Assembly: GCA_038997305.1 (NCBI GenBank)
Contig: JAWAZZ010000002.1
Location: 8,217-72,216 of the forward strand
From: Candidatus Aenigmatarchaeota archaeon
Lineage (GTDB): Archaea > Aenigmatarchaeota > Aenigmatarchaeia > CG10238-14 > SpSt-28
Direction: 5' to 3'
Length of the DNA stretch: 64,000 bases
Part shown: positions 8,111-16,330 of the stretch, in pieces
Position numbering within the stretch: the first letter of the stretch is position 1
How the letters are laid out: each line of letters begins with the position of its first letter
Position numbers and translations under genes: made by a program
The notes under the pieces: model-generated
What the model was told of the DNA's origin: nothing
Database searches by the model: none
What the model saw: the letters and a program-made list of their open reading frames with translations, nothing else

Positions 8111-9388
8111 TTACTTTGCTTTTATAACCTCTAAAACTATTCCTGCACCTACTGTCATACCCATATCTCTCATTGCAAACCTTCCTAAAGCTGGAAACTC
8201 TGAAAACTTCTCAACAACTACTGGTTTTAATGGTTGAACTCTTATTCTTGCTGCATCTCCTTTCTTTATGAATTGTGGATTCTTTTCTAATTCTTGTCCT
8301 GTTTTTGGATCTATCTTTGCTATTATTTCAACAATCTTTCCTGCAACTGTTGCTGTATGAATATGGAATACAGGAGTATATCCAACCGAAATAGATGTTG
8401 GGTGTTCCAATATTATTACCTGAGCAATAAATTCTTTTGCTACACTTGGTGGGTTTGTTGGATGACCTGCAACATCTCCTCTTCTAATATCTGTTTTTGC
8501 AACACCTCTAACATTAAATCCTATGTTATCTCCAGGTAACGCTTCTTGTAATGGTTGGTAATGCATTTCAATAGATTTTACTTCTCCCTTTACTCCTGCT
8601 GGCTCAAAAACTACAGTATCTCCAACTTTCAATCTTCCACTTTCCACTCTTCCTACTGGTACTGTACCTACACCTGTAATCGAATAAACATCTTGTATTG
8701 GAATTCTTAATGGTTTGTCTACAGGTCTTGGAGGAACTTGTAACATATCTAATGCTTCTACTAAACAAGGTCCTTTGTACCATGGCATTTTTTCGCTTCT
8801 TTTTGTTATATTTTCTCCATATTGTGCGCTTACAGGTATTACTGGAATTTTATCTACAGGAAATCCCAATGGCTTTAACAAAGTGTTTATTACTTCATCC
8901 TTTAATTTGTTATAAACTTTTTCATCATAATTTACTGTATCCATTTTTGTTATTGCAACTATCACTTGGTTAATTCCTAAAACTCTAATTAAATATGCAT
9001 GCTCTTTTGTCTGTGCTTGAATTCCTTCTCCTGGTTTTGCAGATACTACTAATATCGCAGCATCTGCTTGAGAAGCACCAGTAATCATATTCTTGACAAA
9101 ATCTCTATGACCTGGTGCGTCTATTATTGTGAAGAAGTATTTTTGTGTTTCAAATGGTCTATGAGCAATATCTATAGTCATTCCTCTCTTTCTTTCTTCT
9201 ATTTCTCTATCTAGTATGTATGCGAATTCTCCTCCTTCTATCTTGAATTCTTGTGCTAACTCTCTCAATTTCTTTAGTTCATCCTCTCTTATTGCTCCTG
9301 TTTCGTAGAATAGTCTTCCTGCTAAAGTTGATTTTCCTTGATCTACATGTCCTACAATTACTATATTTAAGTGAGGTTTCTGCGGCAT
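8111..9388 (-). CDS. tuf: Translation elongation factor 1-alpha (aEF-1A)
   Basis: G-domain motifs GHVDQGKST, DAPGHRDF and NKMD. Full three-domain length of 425 aa. Confidence 0.95.
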   Translation of the reverse strand: MPQKPHLNIVIVGHVDQGKSTLAGRLFYETGAIREDELKKLRELAQEFKIEGGEFAYILDREIEERKRGMTIDIAHRPFETQKYFFTIIDAPGHRDFVKNMITGASQADAAILVVSAKPGEGIQAQTKEHAYLIRVLGINQVIVAITKMDTVNYDEKVYNKLKDEVINTLLKPLGFPVDKIPVIPVSAQYGENITKRSEKMPWYKGPCLVEALDMLQVPPRPVDKPLRIPIQDVYSITGVGTVPVGRVESGRLKVGDTVVFEPAGVKGEVKSIEMHYQPLQEALPGDNIGFNVRGVAKTDIRRGDVAGHPTNPPSVAKEFIAQVIILEHPTSISVGYTPVFHIHTATVAGKIVEIIAKIDPKTGQELEKNPQFIKKGDAARIRVQPLKPVVVEKFSEFPALGRFAMRDMGMTVGAGIVLEVIKAK

Positions 9389-9440
9389 AAAGTAATATAA
9401 GAAAAGTATTTAAATATTTAAAAAAGTAAAAAAGGTTGGC

Positions 9441-9626
9441 TCATCTCATAGCCACACCTATAGCATAATTCCTAGCTGTCTTAACAATCTTTACTTTTAA
9501 TTTCTCTCCCTTTTTAGCATTTTTAACAAATATAACATAACCTTCTATCTTTGCTACTCCATCTCCTCTTTTACTAATATCTTCTATTTCAAGATCGTAT
9601 ATTTCACCTTCTTTTACCTTAGCCAT
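9441..9626 (-). CDS. TRAM-domain RNA-binding protein
   Basis: The 61-aa sequence GEIYDLEIEDISKRGDGVAKIEGYVIFVKNAKKGEKLKVKIVK matches the small archaeal TRAM fold. Confidence 0.7.
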   Translation of the reverse strand: MAKVKEGEIYDLEIEDISKRGDGVAKIEGYVIFVKNAKKGEKLKVKIVKTARNYAIGVAMR

Positions 9627-9634
9627 ATTAGAGC

Positions 9635-9665
9635 ATCAAGAACTATCATTAATCAAGTTCTTGAT
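9635..9665. promoter_or_regulatory. Perfect 10-bp inverted repeat (ATCAAGAACT-N11-AGTTCTTGAT) in a divergent promoter region
   Basis: Read directly from the sequence. Lies between the divergently oriented TRAM gene and the FNR-like gene, so it is a candidate operator. Confidence 0.3.
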
Positions 9666-9697
9666 AATATAATATATCTTACTAAAATAAATACTAT

Positions 9698-10405
9698 ATG
9701 CAAAGGTTCAAATATTCTTCAAAAATAATAAGTAAAAACATTATAAACGAAAAAATAATAGAAATTTGTCTAGAAAAACCTAAAGATTTTAACTTTAAAG
9801 CGGGTCAATATATCATTCTTAAACTTGTTAATTTACCAGAAAATGTAGAGGGTGGAAACAAAAGAGCTTTTTCTATAGCTTCTTCGCCGCTAGATGAAAA
9901 AATATGCTTAATAACTAATAGAGGTGTATCAGAATATAAAAAATATCTTGAAGAAAAACTAAAGGTTGGAGAAGATGTTGAAATTTTTGGACCTTTTGGA
10001 AATATGACTTTAGAAGAAAATTATAAAATAATTACTTTTTTAGCTGGCGGCGCTGGAATTGCACCTTTTTTAAGTATGATTAGATATGTTTTTCAAAAAA
10101 ATTTAGATATAAAAATGTTCTTATTCTATTCAGAAAAAAAGTTTGATTATTTAGTTTATTTAAGTGAACTAAAAGAATATGAAAAATTAGGTAAACTTAA
10201 TTTAATAATAACACTAACCCAAGAAAAAAGAGAAGGATTTGAGTTTGGAAGAATTAATAAAGAAATGATTAAAAGACATTTGAGTGATTATTTAAATGAA
10301 AGTGCTTTCTATATAGCTGGCTCGCCAGAATTTGTAGAAAGCATGAAAAGTTATTTAAAAGAATTAGAAGTTAATGAAGAAAGGATAAAAACAGAAAAAT
10401 GGTAA
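9698..10405 (+). CDS. FNR-type FAD/NAD(P)-binding oxidoreductase domain protein
   Basis: FAD-binding RAFSIASSP (R-x-Y/F-S type) and NAD-binding GGAGIAPF motifs. Confidence 0.6.
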   Translation: MQRFKYSSKIISKNIINEKIIEICLEKPKDFNFKAGQYIILKLVNLPENVEGGNKRAFSIASSPLDEKICLITNRGVSEYKKYLEEKLKVGEDVEIFGPFGNMTLEENYKIITFLAGGAGIAPFLSMIRYVFQKNLDIKMFLFYSEKKFDYLVYLSELKEYEKLGKLNLIITLTQEKREGFEFGRINKEMIKRHLSDYLNESAFYIAGSPEFVESMKSYLKELEVNEERIKTEKW

Positions 10406-11587
10406 TTATTTTAAATAGTCGAAAATAGATTTTTTCTCTCTTTTAATTCCTTTTTTATAAAATTCTTCAAAATTATCTCTTATGGGTTTATAAACTTTAT
10501 CAAAAAACCTTTGTTGATCCTCCAAATCTTTTATGTCAAAAGTTTTTAAGTATTCTAAAACAAAACTCCAAATATTTTGAAAGTTGTCTATCCTTTCAAA
10601 CTTTCTTGCTATATTTATGTCAAAATCTTTAGGTAATTGTGGTTTGTCTCCCATTATAAAGAATCCAGATTTAGTATCTATAGGTGCTTTTTCATTTCCA
10701 ACTATTTCCCACTTTCTTTCACTCTCTGATTTAATTTCAAAATCTTTTTCTAAATCTTTTAACAAATAACTTTTGCCTTTAAATGAATATTGTGGTCCAT
10801 AATGTTTAGCCCAAGCATAAAAGATTGCTCTATTCAACCCAAAAGATTTAGCTTTTTCTAAATCTCCTTTTAAAAGATAATATCTCGCAGCCTGAAGCAA
10901 CGCCATAACTTCAAATCTTCCAATTTTTCTCGAAATAATCTTTTCTTCTTTTTTCAAATCTTTCAAATCCAAAAAATTCTTGACAAAATCTTCAAAATAT
11001 TCTAAATCGTATTTTATATTACTAGAATACAAAATCGATGTTTGTTTTGGCTCTTTTTTATTATTTATTGTTCCAATAACTCTTATTATTCTTGCTTCAT
11101 CTTTTACTACTTTATCAACATTATATTCATCGAAATTTTGTATAAAAAAGTTCAACAATCCTTGTTGTAATAATTTCCATTTTTCGATTTCTACAAGTTT
11201 ATTCACTTTATAATAAACATGTATTCCATTACCAGAATTTGCAATTAACGATGGTGGAATATTAAAGGAAAACAGCTTATCATAAATCTTCCTATAATCT
11301 TCTATTGCTTTTTCACTATCCAAATCTATTACAAAAACATTTCCAAATTTTACTGCTTCTCTACTTCCAATTTTTTCTACTCTAGGAAGTAAACCTATAT
11401 AGCAATCTTTATCTTTTAGTTTCTCTAAATTTTTCTTAAAGAATGAAAGCACATCTATTTTTCTTTCGAAAAACTCTTGAAGATAAATATTATTTTGATG
11501 TAAAACTCTTAACTCCCAATAAATTTTTTCACCTTCATATCCGCTACACAAAAAGTTAAGAAATTCTTCTATAATCGAAATGTTCAT
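10406..11587 (-). CDS. priS: Archaeo-eukaryotic primase catalytic subunit PriS (compact form, possibly a PriS-PriL-type fusion)
   Basis: AEP motifs VFVIDLD (DxD) and SGNGIHVYY (SG.G.H), plus an N-terminal FY-containing helical region. No separate PriL gene in the window. The C-terminal roughly 150 aa are helical and could be a PriL-like module, as in Nanoarchaeota-type fused primases. Confidence 0.6.
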   Translation of the reverse strand: MNISIIEEFLNFLCSGYEGEKIYWELRVLHQNNIYLQEFFERKIDVLSFFKKNLEKLKDKDCYIGLLPRVEKIGSREAVKFGNVFVIDLDSEKAIEDYRKIYDKLFSFNIPPSLIANSGNGIHVYYKVNKLVEIEKWKLLQQGLLNFFIQNFDEYNVDKVVKDEARIIRVIGTINNKKEPKQTSILYSSNIKYDLEYFEDFVKNFLDLKDLKKEEKIISRKIGRFEVMALLQAARYYLLKGDLEKAKSFGLNRAIFYAWAKHYGPQYSFKGKSYLLKDLEKDFEIKSESERKWEIVGNEKAPIDTKSGFFIMGDKPQLPKDFDINIARKFERIDNFQNIWSFVLEYLKTFDIKDLEDQQRFFDKVYKPIRDNFEEFYKKGIKREKKSIFDYLK

Positions 11588-11616
11588 AAAAATTTAAATA
11601 AAAAAAGAGAATTATT

Positions 11617-12714
11617 ATGACTGTAAAACCTCTAACAGAGAATCAGAAAGATTTGTATAATGCATTAAATAATGAAAGAATTACATACTTAGCTATTTTT
11701 GGTCCTAGTGGAAGCGGAAAAACATATTTTGTTATAGATTATGCATTAAGAGTTCTAAAAAATTCTAAAACAAAAAAATTAATACTCATTAAGCCCTTTA
11801 TAGATCCTGCAACTAAAAGAGAATTCACAATAGCAGAACTAGGAAATCTATATTTTGAAAACGCAAAACAATATTTAAAAGATATTATCGACTCTTTGAA
11901 AGAAGATTGGAACGAAGTAGAAAAATTGATAAACGAAAAAAGAATAATAATTTCTGATTTTTCTTCGCTTTCTGGAAGAAGTTTTGATGATGCAATTGTT
12001 TTTGTTGATGATGTTCAACTAGTAAAGCCAGAGAGAATTATAGAAATCATAATGAGAATAGGAAGCAACTCTCGACTAATAATAGCAGGTGATCCTTTTC
12101 TTCAAGCAGAATATCATAATACAATAAAAATATTAAGAGAGGTTCTCTCAAATCAATCTAATTCATACATTGTTGAATTAGGCTTGAAAGATATTGTAAG
12201 AGAAGGTGCAAAATTGGGATTAAAATTAATGTTAGAAACAAAGTTAAGAAGAAGGGAAATGAGTAAAGAAGAGAAAGAAATATTAAACTTAATACTTGAA
12301 GAAGTGGATAACATAGAAATAATCAATATTTTGGATTTAAGACCTCTAAAAGAGGAAATAGGAATAACATCTAAAACTGTTCCAGACGCTGTTATAATAG
12401 TTAAAGAGGGTCAAGCTGGCAAAATAGTTGGTAAAGGTGGTAAAACAATTCAGTCTTTAGAAGAAAAACTTAACATGAGTATAAGAGTTTTAGAGTTATC
12501 AACAGATTTAAGAGAATATTTCAGAGTTTTTCATCCAGCTGGCAAATTAGCAAAAGAGTTAAAAGATGTAGAAATAAAAGGTCCTTATTTGTATCTTTAT
12601 GTAACAAAAGAACAAAGACCAATAGTTTTAGGAACTAAAGGTGTAAACATTAGATTTTTTGAAGCTTGTCTAAAACAGCTAATGAATGTTGAAGTCAAAG
12701 TAATTTCACAATAA
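11617..12714 (+). CDS. P-loop NTPase (PhoH-like) with a C-terminal KH RNA-binding domain
   Basis: Walker A FGPSGSGKTYF, Walker B IVFVDDVQL, and a KH-type GxxG loop in IVGKGGKTIQSLEEKLNMSIRVLE. Confidence 0.5.
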   Translation: MTVKPLTENQKDLYNALNNERITYLAIFGPSGSGKTYFVIDYALRVLKNSKTKKLILIKPFIDPATKREFTIAELGNLYFENAKQYLKDIIDSLKEDWNEVEKLINEKRIIISDFSSLSGRSFDDAIVFVDDVQLVKPERIIEIIMRIGSNSRLIIAGDPFLQAEYHNTIKILREVLSNQSNSYIVELGLKDIVREGAKLGLKLMLETKLRRREMSKEEKEILNLILEEVDNIEIINILDLRPLKEEIGITSKTVPDAVIIVKEGQAGKIVGKGGKTIQSLEEKLNMSIRVLELSTDLREYFRVFHPAGKLAKELKDVEIKGPYLYLYVTKEQRPIVLGTKGVNIRFFEACLKQLMNVEVKVISQ

Positions 12715-13305
12715 GTTTATAACTTTTATTACATCTTCTTTCACTTCTTCTATGCTTCTATTCGCATCAATTAAATAAACATTTTCTACATCCAACTCCA
12801 AATTTCTATAATTTTCAAGAACTTTTCTTAAAAATTCTCCATTCTCATATAATTCCTTAGCTTTTCCTTCTTTTTCTATTCTTTGCAAAGCTATTTCTAC
12901 ATCAACATCTAAAATTATTATTAAATCGGGAATTTCTATTAATTTCAAAAGCTCGTTGAACAAATTTTCAAATATTTTTCTCTCTTCTTCATTATTTAAT
13001 AAAGCTTTTTGATATGCATATGTTGACAAAAAACATCTATCAGAAATTATATAATCATGTTTTTCCTTTAATCTTCTTATTTCGTTTGTTGTCGAAACTC
13101 TATCTGCAAAAAAGAGAAGTGTAGATACGAAAGGGTTTTTCATGTAATCTTTTTTGTTTTTCAAAGAATTTCTAATAAAATTACCTATTTCAAAATCTGA
13201 TGGCTCTCTAATTATTATGCTATTTTTTAGCTCATTAGATAAAAGCTTGCATATAGTAGTTTTTCCAGCACCATCAATACCTTCTATTGCAACATATTTA
13301 CCCAT
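12706..13305 (-). CDS. tmk: Thymidylate kinase
   Basis: P-loop IEGIDGAGKTT, DR motif YIISDRCFLS and lid region. Confidence 0.85.
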   Translation of the reverse strand: MGKYVAIEGIDGAGKTTICKLLSNELKNSIIIREPSDFEIGNFIRNSLKNKKDYMKNPFVSTLLFFADRVSTTNEIRRLKEKHDYIISDRCFLSTYAYQKALLNNEEERKIFENLFNELLKLIEIPDLIIILDVDVEIALQRIEKEGKAKELYENGEFLRKVLENYRNLELDVENVYLIDANRSIEEVKEDVIKVINLL

Positions 13306-13315
13306 TCTAAATTTT

Positions 13316-13651
13316 TTATTTCAAAAAATAAAAATACATAGAAACAAATCCCACCAAAAAAGAAATAACAAAAAGCAATAACAATAATATTGGAGAAGAA
13401 GATTCAGTAATCTGAAGAATAACAGAAATAACAATTATAAGGAAAAATGTCACTATAGCCACAAACTTGGGGTTTTTACAAACATATTGAATTTCGCTGC
13501 TAGATTTATTTTCAGTAGGTATTTTTTCACAAAGATTTTCTAGAATAATTCTTATTGTTTCTATTTCGCTCTCATTATGACCTTTTAGCAAAAAAGCCAG
13601 CGAACTTCCAAGCAAAAAGGTAGTAATTATTAGAAGAATTTCTTTTATCAT
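13316..13651 (-). CDS. Hypothetical small membrane protein (2-3 TM)
   Basis: Hydrophobic N- and C-terminal segments. Its stop overlaps the Elp3 gene. Confidence 0.3.
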   Translation of the reverse strand: MIKEILLIITTFLLGSSLAFLLKGHNESEIETIRIILENLCEKIPTENKSSSEIQYVCKNPKFVAIVTFFLIIVISVILQITESSSPILLLLLFVISFLVGFVSMYFYFLK

Positions 13652-15213
13652 AATAACTTTATCATATACGGACCTTCTCTTTCATATCCAAGCTTTCTAT
13701 AATAATCTCTAGTACCAACTGCAGAAATTACAACAATTTTATTTCTGTCAAATTCATTTAAAGCAATTTCTTCAGCCTTTTGCATCAAAAATTTTCCAAA
13801 ACCTCTATGTTGAAAATTTAATTCTTTTGGCAAGCTCCCTACAGGTAAATGAAATCCTAAAACCTTTAACTCTCTTATCAGAGCGCTTTTATTAGTAATT
13901 TCTTTTCTATGAGAAGAATCAGGAATTCTTAATCTAAGATAAGCATAAAGTGTTTCGTTCTTATCTTCTATACTTAAAAAAATTTCATTGCCATCATTTG
14001 CTTCATAATCAATTCTTTCTAAATGTATGCTTTTCAAATCTGGTTTAATACCTCTTTTATATCTTATTCCTATTTCTCTGCATCTTATGCACTTACATTC
14101 AATACCAAACTCTTTAGCTTTGTTTTCTACATACTCTCTTAAGTTAGTGTGAGTATATCCAGCATCTATATCATTAGCAGGTAAATCTCTTCCTAACCTT
14201 TGTATTCTAACATACTTTGGTATATATTTTAATGCTTTTGCTAACATTTCTACTAATTCCTCAAACTCGTAAAGTTTAAACTCTCCTTTCTCATACATTT
14301 TCCAAAGCGGTGTATTTCTAAAAAGTTGAAGAGGATAGATTTTTAAATAATCTGGTCTTAAATCCTTATCTTCGAAAAGAATTTTAAACATTTCTAAATC
14401 TCTATCTAAATCGCTTTTTGGCAAATTAGGCATGATATGATAAGTAATTTTTAAAGCTGCATTCCTAGCAATTTTTGTCGCTTTTTTAACATCTTCTATT
14501 GTATGACCTCTTCTTACAAAATCTAAAACATCATTATAAACACTTTGAACACCTATTTCTACTCTCGTAACTCCATAAGAAAGCATTTCATCAACATGTT
14601 CTTCATAACATAAATCAGGTCTTGTTTCTATAGTTAAAGCGACGCATCTATATTTTGCTCTTTCGTTTTTTTGATGTGCTTCTTCTATAGAATTGCTATC
14701 TTCCCCATTTAAAGCATCAAAAATCCTTTTTATAAACCATTCCTTATACTCTTTCTCTAAAGCAAGAAAAGTACCAAGAATTATTATTTCTATCTTTGAA
14801 TTTTCTGAAAGCAATCCCTCTAATTCATAATGAAACAGTCTATTCTTTACTTGCATATATGGGTCATAATCAAATCTTATAGCTCTCTGAATTGCTGGTT
14901 CACTAGGAGTATAACTTTTTGGTATGTCAGAAAATATAGGACAATATATACATGCACCTCCACAAGGTCCTGGTTTTGTCGCTAATGTTATTATTAAAAC
15001 TCCGCTACTTGCTCTTATAGTTTTGCTTTTAACCTTTTCTTCTATGTTAATCTTTAATCTATCTTTTATAATTTTAATTAATTCCATTGTCTTTAATACT
15101 GGAACTTTATATTTTTTCGAAAGAGAAACTTTTAGTTTTTCAAACTCTTGTTTATTTTTTGCACTGACCAATTCTAAAAGATATTCTGTAGGAATTTCTA
15201 TGTTATCTTTCAT
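13648..15213 (-). CDS. elp3: Elp3 homolog (radical-SAM plus GNAT tRNA U34 carboxymethyl-modification enzyme)
   Basis: Radical-SAM cluster motif CGGACIYC and a C-terminal GNAT acetyl-CoA motif QHRGFGKFLM. Length 521 aa, typical of archaeal Elp3. Confidence 0.85.
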   Translation of the reverse strand: MKDNIEIPTEYLLELVSAKNKQEFEKLKVSLSKKYKVPVLKTMELIKIIKDRLKINIEEKVKSKTIRASSGVLIITLATKPGPCGGACIYCPIFSDIPKSYTPSEPAIQRAIRFDYDPYMQVKNRLFHYELEGLLSENSKIEIIILGTFLALEKEYKEWFIKRIFDALNGEDSNSIEEAHQKNERAKYRCVALTIETRPDLCYEEHVDEMLSYGVTRVEIGVQSVYNDVLDFVRRGHTIEDVKKATKIARNAALKITYHIMPNLPKSDLDRDLEMFKILFEDKDLRPDYLKIYPLQLFRNTPLWKMYEKGEFKLYEFEELVEMLAKALKYIPKYVRIQRLGRDLPANDIDAGYTHTNLREYVENKAKEFGIECKCIRCREIGIRYKRGIKPDLKSIHLERIDYEANDGNEIFLSIEDKNETLYAYLRLRIPDSSHRKEITNKSALIRELKVLGFHLPVGSLPKELNFQHRGFGKFLMQKAEEIALNEFDRNKIVVISAVGTRDYYRKLGYEREGPYMIKLL

Positions 15214-15238
15214 AAATAAAAACTTCCTTAAAGAAAAT

Positions 15239-15409
15239 CTATTGAATCTCTCTCAATAAACTTTCCAAATATCTAATTCTTTGTTGTAAAGCTCTAATTT
15301 CTCTTGGAGTTTTTGCAGTTAATAAAGCGCTTTTTGCCCTTTCAATTTCCTTTAAGTACATCCTTTTTAACATTTCGTTTTTAGTATTTAAATTTTTTAA
15401 TCTTTCCAT
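15239..15409 (-). CDS. Small coiled-coil protein (56 aa), unassigned
   Basis: Hand-translated: MERLKNLNTKNEMLKRMYLKEIERAKSALLTAKTPREIRALQQRIRYLESLLREIQ. Below the track's length cut-off. Weak resemblance to uL29-like helical hairpins. Confidence 0.25.
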   Translation of the reverse strand: MERLKNLNTKNEMLKRMYLKEIERAKSALLTAKTPREIRALQQRIRYLESLLREIQ

Positions 15410-15506
15410 AATCTTATTATATTCTTTTCTTAATATATATTTTACTATCTAAAGGTGATAAACATTAAAGTTTAAAGACTATAAAAACAATCGATAGTTT
15501 TCAATT

Positions 15507-16160
15507 ATGAATAGCATAGAAAAAATTTACGTTAAAGATTTTTATGATGTCGCTGCAGATAGCTGGATAAATATTAGACAAAAATTTAAAGTTTTAGAAA
15601 AATTTAAACATATACAAAACAAAAAAATACTTGAAGTTGGTTGCGGAACAGCTACTCAATTACTTGAATTTAAAGAAAACTTTCTTGTTGGTATTGATAT
15701 ATCAAAGAAAATGATTAAATATGCTATTGAAAACGCAAAAAAGAAAAACGTTAAAATATATTTCGTATTAGCAGATGCTAGAAAATTACCATTTAAAGAA
15801 AAAACTTTTGATTTTGTATTAAGCATCGCTACAATACATCACATCTATAGAAGAAAAGATCGAATTAAAGCTCTAATAGAAATGGTAAGAGTTTGTAAAG
15901 ATTCCTGTTTTATTTCAGTTTTGAAAAGATATTCAACTCTAACATTTAAAAAACTCTTTATAGATTTTTTCAGATTCTTTTCATTTGGAAATATATTCTT
16001 AGAATGGAAGTATAGAGGAAAGAAATTGAAAAGATTTTATCATACATATTCACTAAGAGAATTAAAGAGTGATTTGAAAATTGTCGAGAAATTTTTTAAG
16101 ATATCTTATGAAATTTCTCAAGACAAACTAAACTTCTTTGTACTAATAAAAAAATATTAG
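15507..16160 (+). CDS. Class I SAM-dependent methyltransferase
   Basis: Motif I ILEVGCGTATQ, and acidic motif II and post-II residues VLADARKLPF. Confidence 0.6.
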   Translation: MNSIEKIYVKDFYDVAADSWINIRQKFKVLEKFKHIQNKKILEVGCGTATQLLEFKENFLVGIDISKKMIKYAIENAKKKNVKIYFVLADARKLPFKEKTFDFVLSIATIHHIYRRKDRIKALIEMVRVCKDSCFISVLKRYSTLTFKKLFIDFFRFFSFGNIFLEWKYRGKKLKRFYHTYSLRELKSDLKIVEKFFKISYEISQDKLNFFVLIKKY

Positions 16161-16261
16161 CCCCGCCCGGATTCGAACCGGGGTCTCCGGGTTTCTTTCA
16201 TCCTTTATCAAAGCTTTGGATGCCCAAAGCCCGGCATCCTTGGCCACTAGACGACGGGGCT
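16158..16261 (-). tRNA. tRNA-Gln (anticodon TTG) with an anticodon-loop intron of about 31 nt
   Basis: Reverse complement has an AGCCCCG/CGGGGCT acceptor stem with the A1:U72 pair typical of archaeal tRNA-Gln, TTCGAAT T-loop, anticodon stem CCGGG/CCCGG and loop CUUUGG. A roughly 31-nt insert (GCATCCAAAGCTTTGATAAAGGATGAAAGAA) sits at the canonical 37/38 position. Confidence 0.75.
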
Positions 16262-16330
16262 TTCTATCTATAATTATTTTATAGTAGAAATCTCTAAAAA
16301 TTTTTATTTAAATAGCAAACTTATTAATTA

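Noticed and set aside
8294-8973. Three plus-strand ORFs (81, 91 and 66 aa) inside the EF-1alpha locus
   Set aside because: Antisense to a highly conserved, fully intact EF-1alpha gene. Cys/Tyr-rich nonsense translations typical of the reverse strand of AT-rich coding DNA.
10406-11587. AEP-type primase considered as a plasmid/virus-type PrimPol marking a mobile element
   Set aside because: The motifs and size fit the chromosomal PriS catalytic subunit. There is no integrase, no replication-initiator helicase fusion and no flanking repeats, and housekeeping genes flank it on both sides.
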